The translations under genes and the position numbers were made by a program. DNA of 46,578 bases from Candidatus Woesearchaeota archaeon (lineage in GTDB: Archaea > Nanobdellota > Nanobdellia > Woesearchaeales > JABGUJ01), in NCBI GenBank assembly GCA_018646625.1, contig JABGUJ010000003.1, positions 292,509 to 339,086 of the forward strand, in the 5' to 3' direction. Under the pieces are notes generated by a model, which saw only the letters and a list, made by a program, of their open reading frames with translations, made no database searches and was not told the origin of the DNA. Below are positions 1 to 9,206 of this stretch, one piece after another (within the stretch, counting starts at the first letter, position 1; each line of letters begins with the position of its first letter).

Positions 1-2
1 TT

Positions 3-998
3 GACCAGACAATAAATGTAAGCACAGTAGCAACTCTTAATGGTTCAAACTCCAGTGATGCAGATAATGACACTTTAACATTTGCATGGATCCAAGTATC
101 TGGACCAGAAAATGTTACACTTGACAATTCAAGTGCAGCTATAACTACATTTACTCCAACAACACCAGGAGTCTTTGTGTTCGAATTAAATGTATCCGAC
201 GGCTACAACTCTAGCACAGACCAAGTCACTATTAACGTAGGAGACATTAACGGAGTAGTTGGCGGTTACGTACTTGACGAAAACAATGTAGGTGTAGCAA
301 ATGCAATTGTAGAAATCAAATTAAACAACTACACTGTAGATTCAACTTTTACTGACGCAACAGGTATGTATTCACTTAACGTGACTGCAGGCACATACAG
401 CCTAAGAGCACTTAAACCAGGATACAGTATCGCAACAGAATCAGCAACAATCATACAAGAACAAACTATCGAAGTTAATCTAACTATTGAATCAAACAAT
501 GGCGGCTTCATAGGTGAAACTAAAGAAATTGATGATTCTGCTGAAGAAGACGTAAATGTCAGTGTTGATTTAACGAGCATGTTCGATTTGAGTGATTCAA
601 ATGGTGACTATTATATAGGAAATGTTCCAGTTAGCTCATATAACTTGAGTGCAGAAAAGACTGGTTTCCTACCACAACAGAGCACGGGACATTCAATAGT
701 AGATGATCAAAACACTACAGTTGACTTTGCGATGAGTGAACCTGGAACAGTGAGTGGTACTATCTATGACTACTTTAATTATCCAAACACTGTTGCAAAC
801 GCAACAATTACAGTAACACAAGACGGAGTTGTAATAAACATAACCACTGCGAATACCGCGGGTGTTTATTCAATTGCAGACCTGGCACCAGGATTGTACA
901 CAATCACTGCAAGTGCACCAGGATACAACGACCAGACATTTAGTCCTGTACAGATATTATCTGGACAAGCAACGACTAGAAACTTCGCACTAGCATAA
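3..998 (+). CDS. Surface/secreted protein, 5'-truncated: PKD-like domain followed by carboxypeptidase-regulatory-like (Cna-B type) beta-sandwich repeats
   Basis: The frame of the 177..998 ORF is open from base 3 (DQTINVSTVATLNGSNSSDADNDTLTFAWIQVSGP, a PKD-like motif). Repeated G-x-V..TDATGxY..GxYxLxAxxxGY motifs follow. Confidence 0.8.
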   Translation, partial: DQTINVSTVATLNGSNSSDADNDTLTFAWIQVSGPENVTLDNSSAAITTFTPTTPGVFVFELNVSDGYNSSTDQVTINVGDINGVVGGYVLDENNVGVANAIVEIKLNNYTVDSTFTDATGMYSLNVTAGTYSLRALKPGYSIATESATIIQEQTIEVNLTIESNNGGFIGETKEIDDSAEEDVNVSVDLTSMFDLSDSNGDYYIGNVPVSSYNLSAEKTGFLPQQSTGHSIVDDQNTTVDFAMSEPGTVSGTIYDYFNYPNTVANATITVTQDGVVINITTANTAGVYSIADLAPGLYTITASAPGYNDQTFSPVQILSGQATTRNFALA

Positions 999-1003
999 GA
1001 AAA

Positions 1004-2716
1004 ATGAGAAATAAAAAAAACCTAACAATTTTCAGCGTAATGCTACTAGTATTACTTCCAGCAGTATTTGCAGGATCATGGAGCGGAAACGTTTATGACA
1101 CAGCAGGAACTGCAGTGGACCAAGCAGACGTAGCACTATTACTTAACAGTGCAACAGAAAACTCATCACAAACAGACGCTAGTGGATTCTTCGAAGTCTC
1201 AGGACTACAAGATGGATATTATACTATCGCAGTAACAAAAACAGGTTACTACGACGCATCATTAGTTACAGGTATTTACCTAAACAACTCAGATGCAAGT
1301 AAAACAAACTTATCACTAATACCTGGCATTATGGACATTATTATGGTAGAGCAACTTCCTGGAAATTTAGCAGGAACAGTAACTGACCCAAATGGGAACG
1401 TAACTGACGCAACAATAAACTTAACACAACCAAGTGGCACTATTGCATCAGGCAACTCTGACGCAACTGGTAACTATGATATTTCAGTAATAGAAGGCAC
1501 CTATACAGTAACTATTAGTGCACCTGGCAGAATAACTCAAACTAGAAACAACGTTGTAATTGCACCTAATGCAACAACAACTTTAAACATATACCTTAGC
1601 CTACAACCAGGCGATGTACAAGGTACTGTACGAGACGCAATTAACAATAACATAATTGAGAATTCAACTGTAGTTATTGAAGGTACTAGCCATGTTGCAT
1701 TTACTGACGCAACAGGACAATACCTAATAACTAATGTTCCTCAAGGAACATATATCTGCACGGCATCAGCTGCAGGATACTATGATTCTAGTGTTGGATG
1801 TACTATACTTCCCAGTGGAATCATCACTGTTGATTTTTATTTAACTCCAACCAACATCAACGATACAGATGGAGATGGAATTGAAGATAGCCTAGACAAC
1901 TGCCCACTAACATCTAACCCAGGTCAAGGAGACTCAGATAATGATGGAGTAGGTAACGTATGTGACAACTGTAAGAGTAACTCTAACTCAAACCAGAAAG
2001 ATACTGACAACGACGGAGTAGGTAACGTGTGTGACAACTGTCCAAGCCATTCTAACTCTAATCAGTATGATAGTGATGGAGACGGTCAAGGCGAAGTATG
2101 TGACACTACTAACCGACGTAGAGGCGGCGGTGGCGGCAACAGCGGAGGTTCCTTCGTTGTAACTAAAACATTAGATTTTAGTAGTACTAATCCAGTATGT
2201 GACGAATATAGCAGATACGAACAGATTAGTTTCAACTTTAACAATAAAGCTTATACACTAAATTTCGAAAAAGTTAAGATTGCACCTATGTACTTATCAA
2301 AATCAGAAGTAACTATGATGTTCAGTGGAGCATCAAAAGAAAGTTTCTCAGTTAAGTACAACCAGAGACAATATCTTGACTTAAACGGAGATGGAATTAA
2401 CGACATCAAAGTAAGTTTTGACAAAGTTAATGCAATCAAGAACAAAGTGTACCTATGTTTTGAACTACTTCCACAAGATGTAACAAGCGTAGTTACTAAA
2501 AAAGATGATACACCAATAGACAAACCTGCTGCAGAAAAGGTTAAAGAAGACGTTAAAGAAATCGTTGAAAAAGTTAAGGAAGGAATCCTAAACATTTTTG
2601 GTGAAGTAACTGAAAAGAAACCAGCATCTGCATTAGTCGGTGCATTAATCATCCTAGCAATTGTCTTGCCAGGAATCTTATTGTATTTGTTCTTGTTTAG
2701 AAAAAGAAGGTACTAA
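1004..2716 (+). CDS. Membrane-anchored surface protein: signal peptide, three carboxypeptidase-regulatory-like domains, thrombospondin type 3 Ca-binding repeats, Gly-rich linker, C-terminal TM helix
   Basis: N-terminal hydrophobic signal; DxDGDGxxDxxDNC repeats; RRRGGGGG linker; hydrophobic C-terminal helix followed by RKRRY. Confidence 0.85.
   Translation: MRNKKNLTIFSVMLLVLLPAVFAGSWSGNVYDTAGTAVDQADVALLLNSATENSSQTDASGFFEVSGLQDGYYTIAVTKTGYYDASLVTGIYLNNSDASKTNLSLIPGIMDIIMVEQLPGNLAGTVTDPNGNVTDATINLTQPSGTIASGNSDATGNYDISVIEGTYTVTISAPGRITQTRNNVVIAPNATTTLNIYLSLQPGDVQGTVRDAINNNIIENSTVVIEGTSHVAFTDATGQYLITNVPQGTYICTASAAGYYDSSVGCTILPSGIITVDFYLTPTNINDTDGDGIEDSLDNCPLTSNPGQGDSDNDGVGNVCDNCKSNSNSNQKDTDNDGVGNVCDNCPSHSNSNQYDSDGDGQGEVCDTTNRRRGGGGGNSGGSFVVTKTLDFSSTNPVCDEYSRYEQISFNFNNKAYTLNFEKVKIAPMYLSKSEVTMMFSGASKESFSVKYNQRQYLDLNGDGINDIKVSFDKVNAIKNKVYLCFELLPQDVTSVVTKKDDTPIDKPAAEKVKEDVKEIVEKVKEGILNIFGEVTEKKPASALVGALIILAIVLPGILLYLFLFRKRRY
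1862..2110 (+). repeat. Coding tandem repeats (thrombospondin type 3, ~69-nt period)
   Basis: GAYGGAGTAGGTAACGTRTGTGACAACTG recurs at ~1943 and ~2012; the protein shows four DxDxDG..CD/NC units. Confidence 0.8.
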
Positions 2717-2761
2717 ACCTTCATTTTTCTCATTTTTTCTATCTTATACTAAATAATAATC

Positions 2762-2770
2762 TTTATAAAT
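2762..2770 (+). promoter_or_regulatory. TATA box of tRNA-Val
   Basis: TTTATAAAT about 25-30 nt upstream of the mature tRNA 5' end. Confidence 0.6.
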
Positions 2771-2793
2771 AAACATCTAATCGGTTTATACAT

Positions 2794-2866
2794 GGGCTTG
2801 TAGTCTAGCGGCTATGACATCGCCTCGACATGGCGGGAGTCCCCGGTTCGAGTCCGGGCAGGCCCA
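2794..2866 (+). tRNA. tRNA-Val (GAC), no encoded CCA
   Basis: Acceptor GGGCTTG/CAGGCCC, anticodon arm TCGCC-TCGACAT-GGCGG, T arm CCCGG-TTCGAGT-CCGGG, discriminator A, followed by a T-tract. Confidence 0.95.
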
Positions 2867-2951
2867 TCCTACTTTTTTCTCAAACCTCTATTTACATAGC
2901 AACATTTATAAAGAAAACAAGCCAGTATTTAAATAAAAAAAGAGGTGGAAA

Positions 2952-3431
2952 GTGGTTGAAAACCTTCTGTACACAGTTAGGCCAGTAATCAAAAAAGTAG
3001 TGATTAAAGAAATCATAAAAATGATTGGCCTTTGCGCGGTATTCTTTGCGGGAGTAATCGTATTTCTTTCATCATTAAAAATACCCAGTTCAGCTATAAT
3101 CTATCTTCTAACTAGCTTAATGCTTGTTGTAATGGCAGGTCTACAAGTGTTCATAACCTATGGTAAAACAAAACCAATCATATACAAATACTATGCAGAC
3201 AGAATTGAGGTTGTTGGAGCACCCAAACTACAAACCTTTTACTTTTCCCAAATAGAAGAAGCCACTATAACTCAGAATATATTTGATAAAATAACCAACA
3301 CAGCATCATTAAAGTTATCAAAAAAAGGATCATTAGAAAACATTTCAAATTCCCCAGAAGTTGCCACTTACACTCAAAGATTAATTGACGCATCAAAACG
3401 AACAACAAATTATCCACAACAAAATGCATAA
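2952..3431 (+). CDS. Two-TM membrane protein with bacterial PH-like (bPH_2/YdbS-type) domain
   Basis: GAGGTG RBS before GTG; two hydrophobic helices followed by Y..YADRIEV and FSQIEEATITQNIFDKI patterns. Confidence 0.6.
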   Translation: MVENLLYTVRPVIKKVVIKEIIKMIGLCAVFFAGVIVFLSSLKIPSSAIIYLLTSLMLVVMAGLQVFITYGKTKPIIYKYYADRIEVVGAPKLQTFYFSQIEEATITQNIFDKITNTASLKLSKKGSLENISNSPEVATYTQRLIDASKRTTNYPQQNA

Positions 3432-4494
3432 AAAACAAACAAGAGTTTTTGCAATCATATTGTTCTTAATAGTTTTAAGCCTAGTAATACTTATCCTGAA
3501 ACCGTTCATCTCTGCAATAATCATTGCAATCATCATCGCATACTTATTTCACCCAGTATACAGATATTTTGTTAAAAAGACAAAGAAAGAAACACTCTCA
3601 GCATTTTTGACGTCAGTACTCGTCGTCCTATTACTAACCATCCCATTTTTACTGATGATAAATACAGTTTCAAAGGAAGTACTAACATTCTCAAAATCAT
3701 TCAAAGAAAGAATGACTAGCGGAGAAATATTCGAAGTAGATTGCGATGAAACACCAAATTCCACTCTTTGTAAAGTAAACACATACCTATCAACCGTTTC
3801 AGAAGAAAGCACAATCGATCATTATCTTGCAACCGGTATGAATAGACTAGCTTCAAATATCGCTAGCGCCACATCCAGACTAATCCTTCAAATTCCATTA
3901 GTTATATTAAACATATTTGTAATGCTCTTCACAACATTTTACTTGTTTAGAGATGGAGAAAAACTCATCAAAGTTGTTAAGAATGTCATACCCGTAAATA
4001 AGAAAAACACGGAACACATCATCTCACAAAGTGCAGAGGTTCTAAATGGCGTACTCTACGGACAACTAGTTACCGCATTAATACAGGGTATGATCGCCGG
4101 ACTAGGTTATTATCTCTTCGGCTTCAGTTCACCAATCTTCTGGGGAATTGTCACTGCAATCGCAGCCTTAATTCCAATAGTAGGTACAGGACTTATCTGG
4201 CTACCAATGGCACTATACAGTTTAACAACAGGATTATCCACATCTAATAGACCTGAAATAATTGCAGGTACAGGATTAATGATATACGGAGCAATACTCA
4301 TCTCCAGTTTAGACAACATAATAAAACCAAAATTAATAGGAGACCGAGCCAAGATTCATCCACTTCTAGTTCTTCTGGGAGTCTTAGGAGGATTAAGCTT
4401 ATTCGGCCCGTTAGGAGTAATTATAGGACCAATAATTTTAGCACTTTTCGTAGTTCTAATAGAGATATACAGATCGGAGAAGATATTAGGTTAA
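3424..4494 (+). CDS. AI-2E family transporter (PerM/YdiK-like)
   Basis: AYLFHP, FYLFRDGEK, LIPIVGTGLIWLP, DNIIKPKLIG and IHPLLVLLGVLGGLSLFGPLGVIIGP motifs. The ATG at 3424 is preferred to the TTG at 3385. Confidence 0.92.
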   Translation: MHKKQTRVFAIILFLIVLSLVILILKPFISAIIIAIIIAYLFHPVYRYFVKKTKKETLSAFLTSVLVVLLLTIPFLLMINTVSKEVLTFSKSFKERMTSGEIFEVDCDETPNSTLCKVNTYLSTVSEESTIDHYLATGMNRLASNIASATSRLILQIPLVILNIFVMLFTTFYLFRDGEKLIKVVKNVIPVNKKNTEHIISQSAEVLNGVLYGQLVTALIQGMIAGLGYYLFGFSSPIFWGIVTAIAALIPIVGTGLIWLPMALYSLTTGLSTSNRPEIIAGTGLMIYGAILISSLDNIIKPKLIGDRAKIHPLLVLLGVLGGLSLFGPLGVIIGPIILALFVVLIEIYRSEKILG

Positions 4495-4495
4495 A

Positions 4496-5995
4496 ATGCA
4501 TAAACTAAAAGTAAAAGACATGGATTTAGAAAGCGGAGGACCGCTAATAGCCATCATAAATCAAGAAGACGCAACCACTCTTGATCTATACACCGCAGAC
4601 AGAATTAGAATCAAAAAAGGCAGAAAAGAGATCGTTGCCATCACAGACATTGCAATTTCTAACAAACTTCTGAAACCTGGAGAAATCGGACTATTTGAAG
4701 AAGGTTTAATCAGATTAGGTGTTAAAAACCGAGAAACAGTTAGCATAAACATAGACCGAAAACCTGAATCTCTTCACATCATCAAGAAAAAAATGAATAA
4801 AGAATCCTTGAATGATAAAGAGATTAGGAAAATTGTAGAAGATATAGTTGAAGGAAATCTCAACCAAATCGAATTAACCTACTACGTCGCTGCCAACTAC
4901 ATAAACGGTATGAACGATAAAGAGACTGTTGCTCTAACTAAAGCAATGATCGATACAGGAGACAGAATAGAAATAAAAGGAAAAGACAAAATTGTTGTTG
5001 ATAAACACTGTATTGGTGGAGTGGCTGGAAACAGAACCACGACAATTGTAGTTCCAATTCTTGCAGCCGCAGGACTATATGTACCAAAAACATCTTCAAG
5101 ATCAATTACATCTCCAGCAGGAACTGCAGATACTATGGAAGTTATTTGTAACGTAACATTACCTATTGAAAAAATTGAAAAAACAATTAAAAAAACAAAC
5201 GGATGCATGGTTTGGGGAGGCGCAGTCAACTTGGCACCCGCAGACGACACAATCATCAACGTCGAACACCCGCTAAGCATCGATGCAGAAGGACAATTAT
5301 TAGCATCCATCTTAGCAAAGAAAGGATCAGTTTCTGCAAAATATGTTTTAATTGATATTCCAACAGGAAAAGAAGCTAAAGTTAAAACATTAAAGAAAGC
5401 AAATCACCTTGCAAACCAATTCAAAAAAATCGGATCAAAGATTGGCATGAAAGTTATTTGTACATTAACTGACGGTAACGAGCCAGTTGGAAATGGCATA
5501 GGTCCTGGATTAGAAGCTCGTGATATTCTATGGTTATTCAAAGGAGATAAGCGCGCACCTCAAGATCTTATCGAAAAATCCGTTAACCTTGCAGGTTTAA
5601 TGTTAGAATTAACAGGAAAAGCAAAGAAAGGCAAAGGAAAAGAAATGGCGAAAGAACTATTAGATTCTGGCGCGGCTTCAAAGAAGTTCATGGAAATTGT
5701 TAAAGCACAAGGTGCAAGGATCACAAAACCAGAAAAAATACCATTAGGTAAGTACAAATTCAATTATGTTTCTAAAAAGACTGGCAAAATAAAACACATA
5801 TCAAATAAACACATTGCAAAAATTGCAAGAATCGCAGGCTGCCCTAAAGACAAAAAAGCAGGACTTTATTTACATAAAAAGAAAGGCGATTGGGTGAAAA
5901 AAGGAGACATAATCATGACCATCTACTCCGACAACAGCACTAGATTAAAGTACGCCAAAGCAACGTTTGAAGAGATTAATGGCATAAAGCTCTAA
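4496..5995 (+). CDS. deoA: AMP phosphorylase (archaeal thymidine phosphorylase family)
   Basis: DKHCIGGVAGN, PKTSSRSITSPAGTAD and WGGAVNLAPADD motifs plus the N-terminal domain typical of AMP phosphorylases. Confidence 0.95.
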   Translation: MHKLKVKDMDLESGGPLIAIINQEDATTLDLYTADRIRIKKGRKEIVAITDIAISNKLLKPGEIGLFEEGLIRLGVKNRETVSINIDRKPESLHIIKKKMNKESLNDKEIRKIVEDIVEGNLNQIELTYYVAANYINGMNDKETVALTKAMIDTGDRIEIKGKDKIVVDKHCIGGVAGNRTTTIVVPILAAAGLYVPKTSSRSITSPAGTADTMEVICNVTLPIEKIEKTIKKTNGCMVWGGAVNLAPADDTIINVEHPLSIDAEGQLLASILAKKGSVSAKYVLIDIPTGKEAKVKTLKKANHLANQFKKIGSKIGMKVICTLTDGNEPVGNGIGPGLEARDILWLFKGDKRAPQDLIEKSVNLAGLMLELTGKAKKGKGKEMAKELLDSGAASKKFMEIVKAQGARITKPEKIPLGKYKFNYVSKKTGKIKHISNKHIAKIARIAGCPKDKKAGLYLHKKKGDWVKKGDIIMTIYSDNSTRLKYAKATFEEINGIKL

Positions 5996-6043
5996 ACAGC
6001 CCCTAAAGCAATAATTCTACAATTTAAGCCAGATTAGAGCTTC

Positions 6044-6058
6044 CGAAAGCTATATAAA
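6044..6058 (+). promoter_or_regulatory. BRE/TATA promoter of the release-factor-like gene (probably leaderless mRNA)
   Basis: CGAAAGC-TATATAAA ends 22 nt before the ATG at 6081; no RBS next to the start. Confidence 0.6.
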
Positions 6059-6080
6059 GGAGTGAAACTACTACACAGTC

Positions 6081-7109
6081 ATGACAGAGCTAGGTATTTT
6101 GGTAGAAAAGCTAAGTATGGCAGTTACAGGGCTAGAAAGCTCATTTGATATTGAGACATCTAGAACACGAGTTACTGAACTAGAAAGATTAATGATAGAA
6201 GGTCAAACGACTGCAGCACTGTCTAGAGAATATAACAGACTAGAACCATTAGTTAGAAATTATGAAGATCTCAGCAAATCAGCAGAAGATGCAAGAGGAT
6301 TCTGCGATTTAACAATAGTAGAAGGGGATGATGAAGATCAAGCCTCCGCCGCAGAAGAAATTACAGAATGTATAGATGGAATAAGAGACTTTGTTCTTGG
6401 TAGAAGTTTCAAAGGAAAATATGATAACAATAATACAGTCATCACACTTCAAAGAGCAACCGTAGGAAAAGATGAAGTCACATTCGCTATGAATAAACTT
6501 GCAGAAGCATACGTAAACTATGCCAAGTCAAAAGGACTAAAAGCAGATGTTCTAGATTCAGATCCAAAATCATACACAATTAAGATTAGCGGAGAAAACG
6601 CATACGGATTGTTCAAAGGAGAACACGGAAAACACAGAGTAATTTACACAGGAGATAGAAGTAAAACCCATACTGCTTATGTAATTGCGTCTGTCGAACC
6701 AGAGATCGAAAGAACCAGAAGAACCTTCCAGAGATCAGAAGTAAGATACGAATTTTTATCAGCTAGCAGCAAAGGCGGACAACACGCAAACAAAGCAGAA
6801 ACTGGAGTTAGACTAACACACACACCAACTGGAAAGACGGCAACAGTAAGAACACGATCTCGTGCACAGAGCCTAAGAGCTGCAGAAAAAATATTAGCAA
6901 GCAGAATCGCCATAGCAGAAATAGGAGCAACAAGAGTCGTACCCGAAATTGATCCAGGAAAAGGCGGATATCTAAGAACTTACAGATTTGCTAGCGGACA
7001 ATACATTAAAGATCATAGAACAGAAACAAGGACAACAGACATGAATGCATTTTTTAGAGGAGATGGAATAGACGCATTTATTTTAGCATATCACAATCTT
7101 AACTTTTAA
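6081..7109 (+). CDS. Bacterial-type class I peptide chain release factor homologue (PCRF + RF-1 domains, RF2-like) with divergent decoding motifs
   Basis: FKGKYDNNNTVITL, ISGENAYGLFKGEHGKHRV..THT, SASSKGGQHANKAETGVRLTHTPTG, LRTYRF and IKDHRT are collinear with PrfA/PrfB. Confidence 0.88.
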   Translation: MTELGILVEKLSMAVTGLESSFDIETSRTRVTELERLMIEGQTTAALSREYNRLEPLVRNYEDLSKSAEDARGFCDLTIVEGDDEDQASAAEEITECIDGIRDFVLGRSFKGKYDNNNTVITLQRATVGKDEVTFAMNKLAEAYVNYAKSKGLKADVLDSDPKSYTIKISGENAYGLFKGEHGKHRVIYTGDRSKTHTAYVIASVEPEIERTRRTFQRSEVRYEFLSASSKGGQHANKAETGVRLTHTPTGKTATVRTRSRAQSLRAAEKILASRIAIAEIGATRVVPEIDPGKGGYLRTYRFASGQYIKDHRTETRTTDMNAFFRGDGIDAFILAYHNLNF

Positions 7110-7110
7110 A

Positions 7111-7872
7111 ATGAAAAGACTAATAGCAATACTAGTATTGGCACTTTTCTTAGTTAGCGGATGCAGTACTCAAATACAAGAAGAAGTAGATTATCAAATA
7201 TCGCCAAATCCTATAGCCAAAACATACACTACAAGTCATATGCCTGTACAAGGTTTTGCAATAGAGCATGATAATAGAAATGAAATACTAGAATTCTATA
7301 AAGAAGCACAAAAAAGAAAACAAGCAAGAAATAAACTATTAGCAGAAAGTGATGCAGAAGAAGATGCTAACAACCTTGCAGAAAAGAGATGGCAAAGAAG
7401 ATTCACTATATCAACACCTCTTGGAAATTATCATAGCGTTGACGAAGTAGAATCAATCTTCGGCACAAGAAGAGCAGCACAAGACTTCTCATTTTTAGGA
7501 TTAGTATACGCAATGAAATATGCATGTTACAAATTCGAAGATGATGACAAACAGTTCGAATCCATATGTTACGAATACAGAGCTTTTGAAAAAAGCTATC
7601 CCGATTTTATAGATAAAGAAATGTACAAAGAAATGAAAGAAAGATTGAAAAGAGAATATGAACTAATGGGCATCGAAAAATACTATGAATATCAAGAAAA
7701 GATTGGCCAACACGATATCAACAACTTCAGATCATTCGTCATGTTCATACAAAAATACAAAATAGAAGATCCAAAAGAATATGATAAGTTTAGAGATGAA
7801 GTAAGAAAAGTCTACCAAGACTTCCATTCACAACATGTTACTAGTGACGAATCTAAACCTAGCTTCTACTAA
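7111..7872 (+). CDS. Hypothetical lipoprotein-like protein
   Basis: MKR + hydrophobic stretch + VSGC lipobox-like motif; the rest is helical and charged. Confidence 0.65.
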   Translation: MKRLIAILVLALFLVSGCSTQIQEEVDYQISPNPIAKTYTTSHMPVQGFAIEHDNRNEILEFYKEAQKRKQARNKLLAESDAEEDANNLAEKRWQRRFTISTPLGNYHSVDEVESIFGTRRAAQDFSFLGLVYAMKYACYKFEDDDKQFESICYEYRAFEKSYPDFIDKEMYKEMKERLKREYELMGIEKYYEYQEKIGQHDINNFRSFVMFIQKYKIEDPKEYDKFRDEVRKVYQDFHSQHVTSDESKPSFY

Positions 7873-9119
7873 CCCAAGAATAAAATATTAGCGTTCTGCC
7901 CAACATAATCAGTTGGAATTCTACCAATTCTCGCATCTTCACTAACTGGTTCTAGATAATAATACTTATCTTCATCAAACTCAAAGAATATCCCGCCACA
8001 TTTGAAACAATCAACACCCACACTAACGTGATCGTCATAGTAAATTAATATGACATGCTCACCAACCGCATTCATCAAAGAAGACAACAACAAAGACAAA
8101 TCTTCACTATCTCCTTCTTCCTCTACAAGCGTTTGCAATGGAAATTGAGTATCTTTATCAAAACCTTCATCCCCATCTTCAACATAATCTAATGATTGAT
8201 AGAATGCCAAAACAAGCTCATAAGGATATTTTATGGATTGATTATCAGCATAGTCCAAAAGATGTTCTACAATCTGCTCTATCGTATCATCATCAGGAGT
8301 AAAATAATCTCCAGCAGTTATATTATCAGGATGATTAGCCAAGAAACCATAATAATCTGAATTATATTCAACAGTAAAACTAACGTCCTCCCCCTCATAT
8401 TCAAAATCAAAGTCTAACTCAAGTTCCTTGCCAGGAGAAATAGGATTAGGATCATCTTTATCATTTAATCCATCAGCATCAGAATCATCATTATAATCTG
8501 ATGTTCCTTGTGCAGCTTCTTCATCTATACTCAAGCCATCATTATCATAATCAAAAACAGTTGTATTGACTTGCTCTTCTTCTTCCTCTTCAACTTCAAC
8601 AACAACTTCCTTCTTTTTCTCTACTACTACAACTTCCTTTTCAACAGGAGCACTAACAGGACCACCATCTAGTACTTTCCTAAACGCAACCAACTCATTA
8701 CGTACTTCTTGCAACAATTCAGCAGTTTCACTCATTTGATTATTCTGTTGATTTATTATAGCAGTTTGAGTATAGATCACTTTCTGTTTACCATATATCT
8801 CAAAAGATTCAAAGATAACAAAGAAAGCAAGAATAATCATTATCGCAACAATCAAGAAAGATTTTACCACTTCTTTTCTATCGAGACCAACTTCCTCGTT
8901 GAGATGATCATAAAACATCTTGGCTAGAAAGCCAATAGTCAAAAACAAAACTAACCATAACAATAGTAGAAAATAATCATAAGCTGTAGCAGTACATGGA
9001 ATATCTCTAGCTAAAGAGAAGAACTTAATCCCAAAATTACCCAGATTGCAATTAGAATTAGTCGCTACATGATGAAAAGGCAGCATTGCATCAATTACTC
9101 CAGCCATATACCTAAACAC
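7869..9119 (-). CDS. Membrane protein with acidic Ca-binding-like repeats and C-terminal transglutaminase-like domain (catalytic Cys replaced by Ser)
   Basis: Two TM helices, coiled coil, DYDNDGLS..DSDADGLND repeats, then FPLQTL..EGDSEDLSLLL..HVSVGV..YYYLEP. Confidence 0.7.
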   Translation of the reverse strand: MFRYMAGVIDAMLPFHHVATNSNCNLGNFGIKFFSLARDIPCTATAYDYFLLLLWLVLFLTIGFLAKMFYDHLNEEVGLDRKEVVKSFLIVAIMIILAFFVIFESFEIYGKQKVIYTQTAIINQQNNQMSETAELLQEVRNELVAFRKVLDGGPVSAPVEKEVVVVEKKKEVVVEVEEEEEEQVNTTVFDYDNDGLSIDEEAAQGTSDYNDDSDADGLNDKDDPNPISPGKELELDFDFEYEGEDVSFTVEYNSDYYGFLANHPDNITAGDYFTPDDDTIEQIVEHLLDYADNQSIKYPYELVLAFYQSLDYVEDGDEGFDKDTQFPLQTLVEEEGDSEDLSLLLSSLMNAVGEHVILIYYDDHVSVGVDCFKCGGIFFEFDEDKYYYLEPVSEDARIGRIPTDYVGQNANILFLG

Positions 9120-9206
9120 CCAAGATTAGTTTTTAAAGCTAATGATAAAAACCAGAAAATATTCCCCAAGTAAGGACAAAACACGTTACCTCAAATTCTA
9201 AAAGAA

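Noticed and set aside
4496..5995. Complete AMP-RuBisCO pathway locus
   Set aside because: No ribose-1,5-bisphosphate isomerase or RuBisCO gene lies in this window.
6081..7109. Alternative genetic code implied by the odd release factor
   Set aside because: Conserved genes end at TAA, TAG and TGA at expected lengths and show no in-frame stops, so the standard code fits.
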